This document shows positions 1 through 8,164 of a stretch of 39,472 bases of DNA, in pieces. The position numbers and the translations under genes were made by a program. The DNA comes from an uncultured Dehalococcoidia bacterium (GTDB taxonomy: Bacteria > Chloroflexota > Dehalococcoidia > Lucifugimonadales > JAGWBF01), in the NCBI GenBank assembly GCA_964457285.1, contig CAYWGG010000002.1:7542-47013 (forward strand), read 5' to 3'. Below the pieces are notes generated by a model. It was not told the origin of the DNA, ran no database searches, and was given only the letters and a program-made list of their open reading frames with translations. The number at the start of each line of letters is the position of its first letter. Position 1 is the stretch's first letter.

Positions 1-60
1 ACTCATGGATGGCCTCCTTCCTGCTCTGGATGATGCATTCTAGCATATAATTATAAGGGT

Positions 61-118
61 AGAAGCTATCAGCAGCCAGGTAGACTCACCTGGTGGTGGC
101 TGATAGCTGAAAGCCAAT
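61..118. repeat. hairpin repeat, family A, upstream of rplI
   Basis: agaagctatcagc-agccaggtagactcacctggtgg-tggctgatagctgaaagcc. 10-bp outer stem (64-73 / 99-108) with a nested inner stem ccaggt/acctgg. Confidence 0.7.
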
Positions 119-222
119 AAATAATTGACATCATCTGCCTTTCTTCGGAACCAGCGAATCGGGTATAATTCTAGTGAGACAACTCTCGTTCTAACAGGAT
201 TCCAGCCCGAAGGAGAGCTGAC

Positions 223-672
223 ATGAGGGTGATTTTCCTTGAGGATGTTCCTAACGTGGCCAATGCTGGCGATGTAAAGGCCGTGTCAAACGGGTACGCA
301 CGCAACTACCTGATACCCCAAAAGCTGGCCATCATGGTCACCGCTGAGGAGATGAAACGTATCGAGCGGATTAAGCGCTCTGGCGACGAGCGGAGGATCA
401 GGGAAACGGAGCGATGGGAAGAGCTGGCGAAACTGCTAGAGGGCACCGGTGTCACGGTGAAGGCCAGGGCTACTCCAGCAGGCCAGTTTTACGGTGCCAT
501 CACCCCTTCCCAGATAGCTCAGGAGCTGTCCAGTGTCCTCGGAAGGGAGATAGACCGTAAGCTGGTAGAGGCGGTAGCACCTATCCGAGAGCCAGGAGAA
601 CACGAGGTAGTCCTGCACCTATCCCCAGGCATACAGGCTACCATTATCGTCACTGCCGAGGCAGGGGGATAG
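223..672 (+). CDS. rplI: 50S ribosomal protein L9
   Basis: 149 aa. The N-terminus MRVIFLEDV...GDVKAVSNGYARNYLIPQKLA is the canonical L9 N-domain. AAGGAG lies 5 nt upstream of the ATG. The conserved rplI-dnaB adjacency is present. Confidence 0.95.
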   Translation: MRVIFLEDVPNVANAGDVKAVSNGYARNYLIPQKLAIMVTAEEMKRIERIKRSGDERRIRETERWEELAKLLEGTGVTVKARATPAGQFYGAITPSQIAQELSSVLGREIDRKLVEAVAPIREPGEHEVVLHLSPGIQATIIVTAEAGG

Positions 673-757
673 AAGCTATAAGCGGTCAGCTATCACCGTC
701 AAACCAGACTCACCCGGCGATGGCTGACAGCTGTTAGCTGAAGGCTGAAAGCCAAAA
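669..757. repeat. hairpin repeat, family A, between rplI and dnaB
   Basis: atagaagctataagc...cagactcacccggcgatggctgacagctgttagctgaaggctgaaagcc shares blocks with 61-118: agaagctat, cagactcacc.gg.g..ggctga.agct and gaaagcca. Confidence 0.7.
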
Positions 758-760
758 GCT

Positions 761-2140
761 ATGTACCAGGAGAAGCTACAACCCCACGACATCGAGGCGG
801 AGGAAGCGGTCATTGGCTCCATCCTCATAGATGGTGACGCTTTCCTCAAAGTGGCCCCTTTCCTGAAGCCATCGGACTTCTACCGCGAGAAGAACCGCTT
901 CTGCTACGAGGCATGCCTGGCCCTCTTTCGACGGGGAGAAGCCATAAACCAGGTGACACTAGGCCACCAGCTTACCCTCGAGGACCGCATAGACCCGGTG
1001 GGTGGCAGCGCCTACCTCAGCCACCTGGTCTCTGCCGTGCCTACGCCAGTCCACATAGAGCACTACGGCCGCATAGTCAATCGCACGGCGATCATGCGCA
1101 ACCTCATCGACGCGGCCGCTAGAATATCGGCCATAGGCTACGATGGCACCGATGATGTGGAAGCTACGCTCAACAGTGCCGAAGACATCCTCTTCCGGGT
1201 ACGCTCTGGGCAACCGACCAGGGACTTCATCCCTATTCGGGAAGTGCTGGACCAGTACATGCAGGAGCAGGCCACAGCTATAACTGAGCCTTTGTCGCGC
1301 GCAGGCGCACCTATCATGACTGGCTTTATGGCTCTGGACGAGCTTCTAGGAGGGCTCCAGCGCTCGGACATGCTTGTGCTGGCTGCCCGACCGGGCCTTG
1401 GCAAGAGCACCCTCGCCTTAAATCTGTCCCTCAGCGCCGCAAAAAGCGGGGCTGTGGTGGGAATCTTCAGCCTGGAGATGAGCCGGGAGCAGCTCGCCAT
1501 GCGTATGCTGGCCAGCGAGGCACAGGTGGACTCCCATTTGCTTCGCCAGGGCCTTTACCACGTGTTCTCGGAGGCGCAGGAGCGACGCGTTATAGACGCC
1601 ATCGGCTCCCTCTCAGAGTTACCCATCTACATAGATGACACGCCTCTTCAGGGCATCGTGGAGATGCGAAGCAAAGCCCGCCGCCTGGATATAGAGCGTC
1701 ACCTGGATATGCTGGTAGTGGACTACATGCAGCTTATCCAGGGCCACAACAACCGAGGCGACAACCGGGTGCAGGAGATGAGCGAGATCACTCGCGCTAT
1801 CAAGGGCATGGCCAGAGACCTCGAATTGCCAGTCCTGGCTATTTCTCAGCTAAGCCGCGCCGTGGAGATGAGGACCACCCACCGGCCTCAGCTCTCAGAC
1901 CTGCGGGAAAGTGGCAGCATAGAGCAAGACGCAGACGTAGTCATGTTTATCTACCGGGACGATGTCTACTACACCGAGGACGAGTGGGCCAGCCGGTTTC
2001 CCGACAAGCCCTACCCCAAGAACGTGGCCGAAATCATCGTCGCCAAGCACCGCCACGGCCCCATAGGTAGCGTGAAGCTCCTCTTCAAAGATAAGGTGGT
2101 CAGCTTTGAGCCCGCCCCTGTCGAGCAGGAGGCCTTCTAG
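761..2140 (+). CDS. dnaB: replicative DNA helicase DnaB
   Basis: 459 aa. N-terminal motif PHDIEAEEAVIGSILID. Walker A is ARPGLGKST and Walker B is LVVDYMQL. The C-terminal SGSIEQDADVVMFIYRD motif is present. No intein. Confidence 0.95.
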   Translation: MYQEKLQPHDIEAEEAVIGSILIDGDAFLKVAPFLKPSDFYREKNRFCYEACLALFRRGEAINQVTLGHQLTLEDRIDPVGGSAYLSHLVSAVPTPVHIEHYGRIVNRTAIMRNLIDAAARISAIGYDGTDDVEATLNSAEDILFRVRSGQPTRDFIPIREVLDQYMQEQATAITEPLSRAGAPIMTGFMALDELLGGLQRSDMLVLAARPGLGKSTLALNLSLSAAKSGAVVGIFSLEMSREQLAMRMLASEAQVDSHLLRQGLYHVFSEAQERRVIDAIGSLSELPIYIDDTPLQGIVEMRSKARRLDIERHLDMLVVDYMQLIQGHNNRGDNRVQEMSEITRAIKGMARDLELPVLAISQLSRAVEMRTTHRPQLSDLRESGSIEQDADVVMFIYRDDVYYTEDEWASRFPDKPYPKNVAEIIVAKHRHGPIGSVKLLFKDKVVSFEPAPVEQEAF

Positions 2141-2142
2141 CC

Positions 2143-2937
2143 ATGAAATTCCTTGGCTTCTTCCGCGGGACTCGATATACGCCCGTGCCCGACCCCCTCT
2201 TCAACTCCCTGCTGGAGGCTATCGAAGACCTGGCCGAGATTAAATGCACCCTTCGAGCGCTGTGGCTTATTAGCGATAGGCGCAGAAAGGGGTACACCCA
2301 ATATGTAGCATCGGCAGAGCTACTCTCCGACCGGGTGCTTCTCGCTGGCCTTGAGGGGCTAGATGCCTCGCCCGCGGAAACCATTCGCCGGGGGGTAACG
2401 AAGGCGGTGGAGAGAGGGACTTTTCTATCCTTGCCGGTCAACTTATCCCCCTCAGCCCCCCCTTACCAGGAGACTAAATCCCCCCAGTCCCCCCTTTCGC
2501 AAAGGGGGGTTAGGGGGGATTTGGAGCAGCTTTACTTCCTCAACGACGAGGAGGGCCGACGGGCCAGGGCTACGATAGAAAAGGGTATCATAAGTATACA
2601 AGGGTTCACGCTGAGAGAGGGCCTGGTAGGCGAAGTGCCGGAGCCCAAGCCCGATATCTTCACCCTCTACGAGGATAACATAGGCTTATTGACCTACTCC
2701 AGGGCTGAGGAGTTGAAGGATATAGAGCAAAATTACCCCTGGCCCTGGGTCCAGGAGGCATTCAAAACAGCTATCGATCATGGCGTGCGGGATTTGCGCT
2801 ACATAAAGGGCATTCTAAGGCGGTGGGAAACGGAGAGAAAGGACGATGGAGAGCCTGGGCGACATCCTCCGAAGATTAGCAGCAGAGAGGACTTTAAGGA
2901 ATACCTCCGGAGACGGGGCCGGCTACTCGAACCCTGA
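2143..2937 (+). CDS. DnaD-domain replication protein (primosome/loader accessory-like)
   Basis: 264 aa. It starts 2 nt after the dnaB stop. The C-terminal YEDNIGLLT...WVQEAFKTAIDHG...RYIKGILRRWE resembles the DnaD/DnaB_2 C-terminal domain. The central linker is encoded by a palindromic repeat at 2476-2522. Confidence 0.65.
   Translation: MKFLGFFRGTRYTPVPDPLFNSLLEAIEDLAEIKCTLRALWLISDRRRKGYTQYVASAELLSDRVLLAGLEGLDASPAETIRRGVTKAVERGTFLSLPVNLSPSAPPYQETKSPQSPLSQRGVRGDLEQLYFLNDEEGRRARATIEKGIISIQGFTLREGLVGEVPEPKPDIFTLYEDNIGLLTYSRAEELKDIEQNYPWPWVQEAFKTAIDHGVRDLRYIKGILRRWETERKDDGEPGRHPPKISSREDFKEYLRRRGRLLEP
2476..2522. repeat. 47-nt nested palindrome inside the DnaD-like CDS
   Basis: AAAT-C6-AGT-C6-TTT-CGC-AAA-G6-TTA-G6-ATTT, translated in frame as KSPQSPLSQRGVRGDL. 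Confidence 0.85.
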
Positions 2938-4246
2938 AGAGAATAAGGAGGTGTGTCCTATCTGCAAAGGAAGCGGCTGGGTAAGCCGCAGGGTTCCTGT
3001 GGGCCACCCTCACTTCGGGGAAGTGTTTCCCTGTCGCTGCCGAGATAAGGAAGGCCAGGGCCAGCGCACCTCGCGCCTTCAACGCTACAGCAACCTGGGT
3101 TCCCTGGAGCGCATCCGTTTTGACAACACCAGCCAGGAAGGCCGCCACCCCGACCCGGAGAGCCGCAGGCTGTTCAGGATGGCCTTCCAGGCGGCCATAG
3201 CCTTCGCCGAGAGCCCAAAGGGCTGGCTGATTTTCACAGGCCCAGGCGGCTCCGGCAAGACACACCTGGCAGCGGCCATCGCCAACAGATGTATCGAGAG
3301 AGGCCAGACTGTTTTCTTCATGTTCGTGCCCGACTTCCTGGACCACCTGCGGGGGACCTTCGCCCCGGAGAGCCCGGTGTCTTACGATGAGCTTTTCCAG
3401 CAGCTTCGTGACGCCCCGGTGCTGGTGCTGGATGACCTGGGCTCCCATAGCAGTACTCCCTGGGCTCAGGAAAAGCTATTCCAGGTATTCAACCACCGCT
3501 TCAACGCCCTTCTGCCCACGGTGATAACGGTCAGGGGGTCCCTACAAAATATAGAAGAGGGCATCAGGGCTCGCATTGAAGCTGAAGGCTTATCTGTCGT
3601 ACATTCACTGGGCCGTCGCCACGTCGAGCTGCTTCGAGAAGTGGGCGGCCTCCAGCGAGATATGCTGAAACAGATGACCTTCGAGAATTTTAAGGTTGCT
3701 GGTAGCGTAAAGGCAACAGGTGAGGAAAGAAAGACCCTGAATTTGGCCTTTGAGACAGCCAAGAGCTACGCTAGGTCTCCAGAAGGGTGGCTTCTCCTCA
3801 CAGGAATGAACGGTTGTGGCAAGACTCATCTGGCTGTGGCCATTATCAACGAAAGGCTCAAGAGGGAACAGCCCGCTTTCTTTGCCTTCGTCCCCGCCTT
3901 CCTCGACTACCTGCGAGCTACCTTCAGGCCTGATAGCCTGACAGGATACGATGAGCTTTTCGAGCAGGTGAAGACGGCGCCTTTGCTAGTCCTGGATGAT
4001 CTGGGCTCTGAGCACAGCACCCCCTGGGCTGAAGAGAAACTCTACCAGATCATCGTCCACCGCCACAATGCCCGGCTGCCCACAGTCATCACCATCAACG
4101 GCACATCGTTGGAGCCGCTGGAGAAGACGAAGCCTCGCATACATTCCCGCCTCAATGATACTCTGGTTCAGTGGGCATCCATAACAGCGCCTGACTATCG
4201 AGACCAGCGCCCATCCATCAGAGGCAGACTCAGGTCAAACCAGTAG
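2846..4246 (+). CDS. DnaC/DnaI (IstB-like) AAA+ helicase-loader protein with two tandem ATPase modules and an N-terminal Cys4 zinc ribbon
   Basis: 466 aa. CPICKGSGW...FPCRC provides four Cys. Module 1 has Walker A GPGGSGKTH and Walker B LVLDDLG. Module 2 has GMNGCGKTH and LVLDDLG, exactly 188 aa further on. The ATG at 2846 overlaps the upstream ORF by 92 nt, and no alternative in-frame start with usable SD spacing was found. Confidence 0.8.
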   Translation: MESLGDILRRLAAERTLRNTSGDGAGYSNPEENKEVCPICKGSGWVSRRVPVGHPHFGEVFPCRCRDKEGQGQRTSRLQRYSNLGSLERIRFDNTSQEGRHPDPESRRLFRMAFQAAIAFAESPKGWLIFTGPGGSGKTHLAAAIANRCIERGQTVFFMFVPDFLDHLRGTFAPESPVSYDELFQQLRDAPVLVLDDLGSHSSTPWAQEKLFQVFNHRFNALLPTVITVRGSLQNIEEGIRARIEAEGLSVVHSLGRRHVELLREVGGLQRDMLKQMTFENFKVAGSVKATGEERKTLNLAFETAKSYARSPEGWLLLTGMNGCGKTHLAVAIINERLKREQPAFFAFVPAFLDYLRATFRPDSLTGYDELFEQVKTAPLLVLDDLGSEHSTPWAEEKLYQIIVHRHNARLPTVITINGTSLEPLEKTKPRIHSRLNDTLVQWASITAPDYRDQRPSIRGRLRSNQ

Positions 4247-4269
4247 GGGCGGGTTTGAAACCCGCTCCC
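4247..4269 (+). terminator. GC-rich hairpin directly after the loader gene stop (ggggcgggtt-tga-aacccgctcc)
   Basis: Stem of about 9 bp, starting 1 nt after the TAG. There is no T-run, so it could be a REP-like element rather than an intrinsic terminator. Confidence 0.35.
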
Positions 4270-4315
4270 TATACCGTTGACAAGCCACGTATCCAGCCTT
4301 TATATTCACAGCACG

Positions 4316-5152
4316 ATGAAAGTGGGTAATGTAGAGCTATCCCTCCTCAGCGATGGCACTATGCGCCTGGATGGTGGTGCCCTCTACGGCGCGGTGCCCA
4401 AGATCATCTGGAACAGCCTCAGCCCCGCCGACCGGAAGAACCGGGTAGCGGTGGGGCTCAACTGCCTGCTCATCCAGACTGGAGGCAAAAACATCCTGGT
4501 GGATACCGGCGTGGGCACCAAGCACTCTCTTCGGCGCAAGAACATGTTCGCCATGAGGGCTGGAGAGCTGGTAGCGGAACTGAGAGCCCAGGGACTGGAC
4601 GTGGAAGATATAGATATTGTCGCGCTTACCCACCTCCACTTCGACCACTCCGGTGGCTGCACCAGGCGGGGTTCCGGGGACAGAGTTGTACCCACCTTCC
4701 CCAGAGCCACCTACCTGGCCCAGAGGAAGGACTGGCATGAGGCCAACCATCCCAGCGAGCGCATCCTTGACGCCTATATGCCAGAGGACTTCCTGCCTCT
4801 GGAAGAGAATCATCAGCTCAAGCTGCTAGATGGTAGTACTGAAATAGCCCCTGGTATCTGGCTGAAGGTCACCGGTGGGCACACTTCAGGACATCAGATG
4901 GTGTACATAGAATCGGGCGACCGGCGGGTGGCCTGTCTGGGTGACGTGCTACCCACGCCACACCATCTGCCCCTGCCCTATATCAGCGCCTGGGACGTTC
5001 GCCCCCTGGATACCCTCGAGTGTAAGAGTCAACTCCTGGGAGAGGCAGAGAGGGAACGTTGGCTTCTCATCTTTGCCCATAGCGTTGGTCCAAAGGCCGG
5101 TTATCTGGTGAGGAAGGATGGGCAACTGATAGTGGAGCCCCAGGAGCTATAG
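4316..5152 (+). CDS. MBL-fold metallo-hydrolase
   Basis: HxHxDH motif THLHFDHSGG, later GGHTSGH. The ORF track opens at TTG 4277. I prefer the ATG at 4316 (MKVGNVELSLL). Confidence 0.8.
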   Translation: MKVGNVELSLLSDGTMRLDGGALYGAVPKIIWNSLSPADRKNRVAVGLNCLLIQTGGKNILVDTGVGTKHSLRRKNMFAMRAGELVAELRAQGLDVEDIDIVALTHLHFDHSGGCTRRGSGDRVVPTFPRATYLAQRKDWHEANHPSERILDAYMPEDFLPLEENHQLKLLDGSTEIAPGIWLKVTGGHTSGHQMVYIESGDRRVACLGDVLPTPHHLPLPYISAWDVRPLDTLECKSQLLGEAERERWLLIFAHSVGPKAGYLVRKDGQLIVEPQEL

Positions 5153-5212
5153 CCCTCTTGCCAGGGAGAAGGCCGGTGAGAGGTCAGGGCTTACGAAAGC
5201 CGAGTTGAACGG

Positions 5213-5548
5213 ATGAAGCAGAAAGCAGGCTGTGTATTTTGTGAAATTGTGGCTCGAAGGGAGCCCGCCAGCATCCGTTTCGAGGACGACGAGGTCATTG
5301 TCATAGATAATAAACTTCAGTGGGTGCCGGTCATGCTCCTGGTCATGCCCAAGAGCCACATGACCCAGCAGGAGCTATGGAGCGATGGTGTGATGGCCAG
5401 GATAGGCCGACTAGCCATTGAGATGGGAGCTCAGTTCTGCCCTGGAGGGTTTCGCCTCCTTTCCAACTTTGGCCACGACGCTATGCAGAGTCAGGAGCAC
5501 GGCCATGTGCATGTCCTGGGTGGCATGTACCTGGGCCCGTATGCCTAA
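5213..5548 (+). CDS. HIT (histidine triad) family protein
   Basis: 111 aa. N-terminal CVFCEI and the C-terminal histidine triad HGHVHVLGG. Confidence 0.85.
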   Translation: MKQKAGCVFCEIVARREPASIRFEDDEVIVIDNKLQWVPVMLLVMPKSHMTQQELWSDGVMARIGRLAIEMGAQFCPGGFRLLSNFGHDAMQSQEHGHVHVLGGMYLGPYA

Positions 5549-5599
5549 AGACATCCAGGCCAGATGGGACAGAATCGGAACGGTGCAGGAGGGGCGATA

Positions 5600-6961
5600 A
5601 TGGCAAAGCCAGCACAGCTTTCAGTTGCGGAGGCGGCGCGTCGAATTGGCCGCAAGGAGCTATCCCCCGTGGAGATGGTGGAGTCCTTGCTGCATCGTAT
5701 TGACGCCCTGGAGCCTCAGCTAAAGGCGTGGGTGTATCTGGACCGAGAGGCGGTGCTTTCGGAAGCCCGGCAGAAGGAGGCGGAGTTGGGCTGGGGCCCA
5801 CGGCAAGGACTGGGGCCGCTCCACGGCGTGCCCATAGGGTTGAAGGACATCTATTATACTGCTGGGATTCCCACTACCGCTTGCTCCAGAGTCTACGCCG
5901 ATTTCGTCCCCAGCTACGACGCCACCACAGTCTCGCTGCTGAAGCGGGCAGGGGCAATAATGCTGGGCAAGACTGTGACCACCGAGTTCGCCTGCCTCGA
6001 CCCATCGCCCACAATAAACCCCTGGAATCCGGCCCATACCCCTGGCGGCTCCAGCAGCGGCTCAGCGGTAGCCGTGGCCGCCGGGATGTGCCCCGCCGCT
6101 ATGGGGTCGCAGACCGTAGGCTCGGTGCTGCGCCCAGCCTCGTACAATGGCGTGGTCGGTTTCAAGCCCACCTTTGGGCGGGTCAGCCGGTATGGAGTCA
6201 TACCGGTTAGCTGGTCCCTGGATACTATGGGCTGGCTGGTCCGCACTGTCGAGGATGCCGCCTTGCTCCTGCAAGTCATGGCCGGGCCAGACCCACAGGA
6301 CCCCGTAGCCTCACGCCAGCCTCCGTCGGACTACCTGGCGGGATTGGAGAATCCCACTGCTCCCCGCATCGGCTTGCTCCGCCGGTATTTCTATGACCAC
6401 GCCGATGAGGAGACCAGGCAGCACACGGACGGCGTGGTAGAGAAGCTGAGTCAGGCCGGGGCTGCTGTCGAGGAGATTTCTCTGCCAGACAGCATAGAAA
6501 CGGCCTTCACAGACCAACTGCTCATCATGGCAGTAGAAGGGGCATCATTTCACCAACCCATGTTCCAGAGCAGAGCGGAGGAGTACCAGCCCAAGCTGCG
6601 GGAGATGCTTAGGCGTGGGCTGAATACCGACGCAGCAAGCTATTCCCGTGCCCTGGAGCGTCGCCGCCAGTTTATCTACGACATGGAGGTGCTGGCGGAG
6701 AAAGCGGACATACTGCTGACTCCCTCGACGCCAACGCCCGCCCTGGCCGACGTGACCAATACTGGCAACCCCATGTTCCAGGGGCCCTGGACCTCGTGCG
6801 GGTTGCCTGCTATATCCATCCCATCGGGGCTGGCAGCCTCCGGGCTGCCCCTTGGGATTCAACTGGTGGCCGGCCTTTTCGCCGAAGCGCAACTGCTGGC
6901 TGCGGCCCGATGGTGCGAGTCGGTGCTGGACGTGCACCTATCCCCACCGGTTGGGGCTTGA
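5600..6961 (+). CDS. amidase (amidase-signature family, GatA-like)
   Basis: Amidase signature GGSSSGSAVAVAAG and GLKDIYYTAG. The ATG at 5600 is preceded by GCAGGAGGGG. The ORF track opens at 5564. No gatB or gatC is adjacent, so I call a generic amidase. Confidence 0.8.
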   Translation: MAKPAQLSVAEAARRIGRKELSPVEMVESLLHRIDALEPQLKAWVYLDREAVLSEARQKEAELGWGPRQGLGPLHGVPIGLKDIYYTAGIPTTACSRVYADFVPSYDATTVSLLKRAGAIMLGKTVTTEFACLDPSPTINPWNPAHTPGGSSSGSAVAVAAGMCPAAMGSQTVGSVLRPASYNGVVGFKPTFGRVSRYGVIPVSWSLDTMGWLVRTVEDAALLLQVMAGPDPQDPVASRQPPSDYLAGLENPTAPRIGLLRRYFYDHADEETRQHTDGVVEKLSQAGAAVEEISLPDSIETAFTDQLLIMAVEGASFHQPMFQSRAEEYQPKLREMLRRGLNTDAASYSRALERRRQFIYDMEVLAEKADILLTPSTPTPALADVTNTGNPMFQGPWTSCGLPAISIPSGLAASGLPLGIQLVAGLFAEAQLLAAARWCESVLDVHLSPPVGA

Positions 6962-6973
6962 TAGTAGCGTTCG

Positions 6974-7972
6974 CTAATTCATCAGAAGGTGCTCAGCTAC
7001 GTTAACCCTCAACTCCTCCTCTAGCCTTTGCCGCATGGTGTCGCTGAGGACTCCGCAGCGGTGGAGGTTATTCACCAGGGTGCTGTGCATCTCTTTCTTG
7101 AAAAGCTGGCGGAAGAGCGTGTAGTCGCTTGCCTGGGCTCGCTCCCTGCGCAACTGGCGTATCTCGTTGGTCTGAGCGTCGGTGAAGCCCATATCGAGAT
7201 AGGCTTCCCGGGGAAAGCCGCCAGTCAGAGTATTGCGCAGGAAGTAGACAGTGAAGTCCTCTATCTCCTGACGCTCTTTAGCGTCCATCTGCTTGATCTG
7301 CTCTGGCAAGCTGAGCATGCCGAAGCCCATGTGCCGGGACTCGTCTCGCAGAATCAAGTTACACCCGTACCGAAGTAGCTCGTCTTTCGCGGTCTCGGCC
7401 AGCATCTTGAACAATGCCACGGCGAAGGTCTCCCCTACCAGTTGCAGCCCGATGGTCTTTATGTACCAGCGCGGGTCTTCCAGGATGAAATCGAACAGCT
7501 CCCTGCCGACGTCCGATTGAGGATATACCACCCCGACCCTGTCGGAGAGGTAACGATGGAAGAACTCCGTATGGCGGGCCTCGTCCATTACCTGGCTAGC
7601 CATGAAGAACTTGCTATCGGCGTCGGGCAAGACTTCTACCAGCTGGGAGCAGACCAGTACCGCAGCGTGCTCACCGTGAAAGAGCTGACTCAAGCGCCAG
7701 CCGGAGAAGAGGCGGTTCATCTCCGCACGCTCTTTCGAGTCCATCTTGTGCCACAATACGGAGTCATAGATGTCTATCAGCTCGTCCGCAACGAAGCCTT
7801 GCTCCAGGTCTACGGACTTGCCCCAATCAATATCCCTGCTGGCGTTCCATTGGTCCCGCTTGGCATTCTCATAGAGGCGCCGCATATCAGGCTGGTCTAC
7901 ATCGTGCTCATGAAGGAAGACCGTGTCATACTCTGCGTGGACAATATGGGCCTTCTCTGTGGAGCTCTTCAT
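6974..7972 (-). CDS. ferritin-like di-iron carboxylate protein (AurF/R2-like oxygenase family, tentative)
   Basis: Two ExxH motifs (MDEARHTEFF and LRDESRHMGFG) plus upstream Glu-containing helices (GEHAAV, GETFAV). The ATG at 7972 has a GGGAGGGA SD. The 5' extension to 8086 in the ORF track is probably not translated. Confidence 0.55.
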   Translation of the reverse strand: MKSSTEKAHIVHAEYDTVFLHEHDVDQPDMRRLYENAKRDQWNASRDIDWGKSVDLEQGFVADELIDIYDSVLWHKMDSKERAEMNRLFSGWRLSQLFHGEHAAVLVCSQLVEVLPDADSKFFMASQVMDEARHTEFFHRYLSDRVGVVYPQSDVGRELFDFILEDPRWYIKTIGLQLVGETFAVALFKMLAETAKDELLRYGCNLILRDESRHMGFGMLSLPEQIKQMDAKERQEIEDFTVYFLRNTLTGGFPREAYLDMGFTDAQTNEIRQLRRERAQASDYTLFRQLFKKEMHSTLVNNLHRCGVLSDTMRQRLEEELRVNVAEHLLMN

Positions 7973-8088
7973 AGCTTCTCCCTCCCTGGCAAGCAGGAGC
8001 GGCTTATCACCACAGGTACATACTAAAGGATTGTCGCCATAATGTAAATACATTAAGGCTACCTGATTCATCCGTGGTCTCCGCATCT

Positions 8089-8098
8089 GTGGTATACT
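8089..8098 (+). promoter_or_regulatory. possible extended -10 element (TGgTATACT) upstream of thrS
   Basis: ctgtggtatact shares the 10-mer ctgtggtata with the infC promoter. No good -35 is present. Confidence 0.3.
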
Positions 8099-8164
8099 GA
8101 GTCAGGCTGACCACTTGACCAGATACAAAGTGCGTGACTACTGACATTAATCAGAAGGCAGGAT

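Noticed and set aside
1-6. Start of a leftward (minus-strand) gene: the reverse complement reads AGGAAGGAGGCCATCC-ATG-AGT at the window edge
   Set aside because: Only two codons fall inside the window. The SD plus ATG are suggestive, but no product can be supported.
125-169. TTGACA (125-130) and TATAAT (164-169) upstream of rplI, considered as one promoter
   Set aside because: The hexamers are 33 nt apart, far from the 16-19 nt needed. The TATAAT may still be a -10 element, but no matching -35 was found, so no promoter is called.
7973-8086. 5' extensions of ORFs in the track: di-iron gene to 8086, hydrolase to 28568, ctaB to 18539, amidase from 5564, SBP genes to 27359 and 38635
   Set aside because: Internal starts with proper SD spacing exist. 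The extensions overlap neighbouring genes or promoter regions and lack family-conserved sequence.
8087-8164. T-box or other leader regulation of thrS
   Set aside because: The untranslated region is under 80 nt and lacks the conserved T-box sequence (AATTAGGGTGGTACCGCG-like), so it is too short for a T-box riboswitch.
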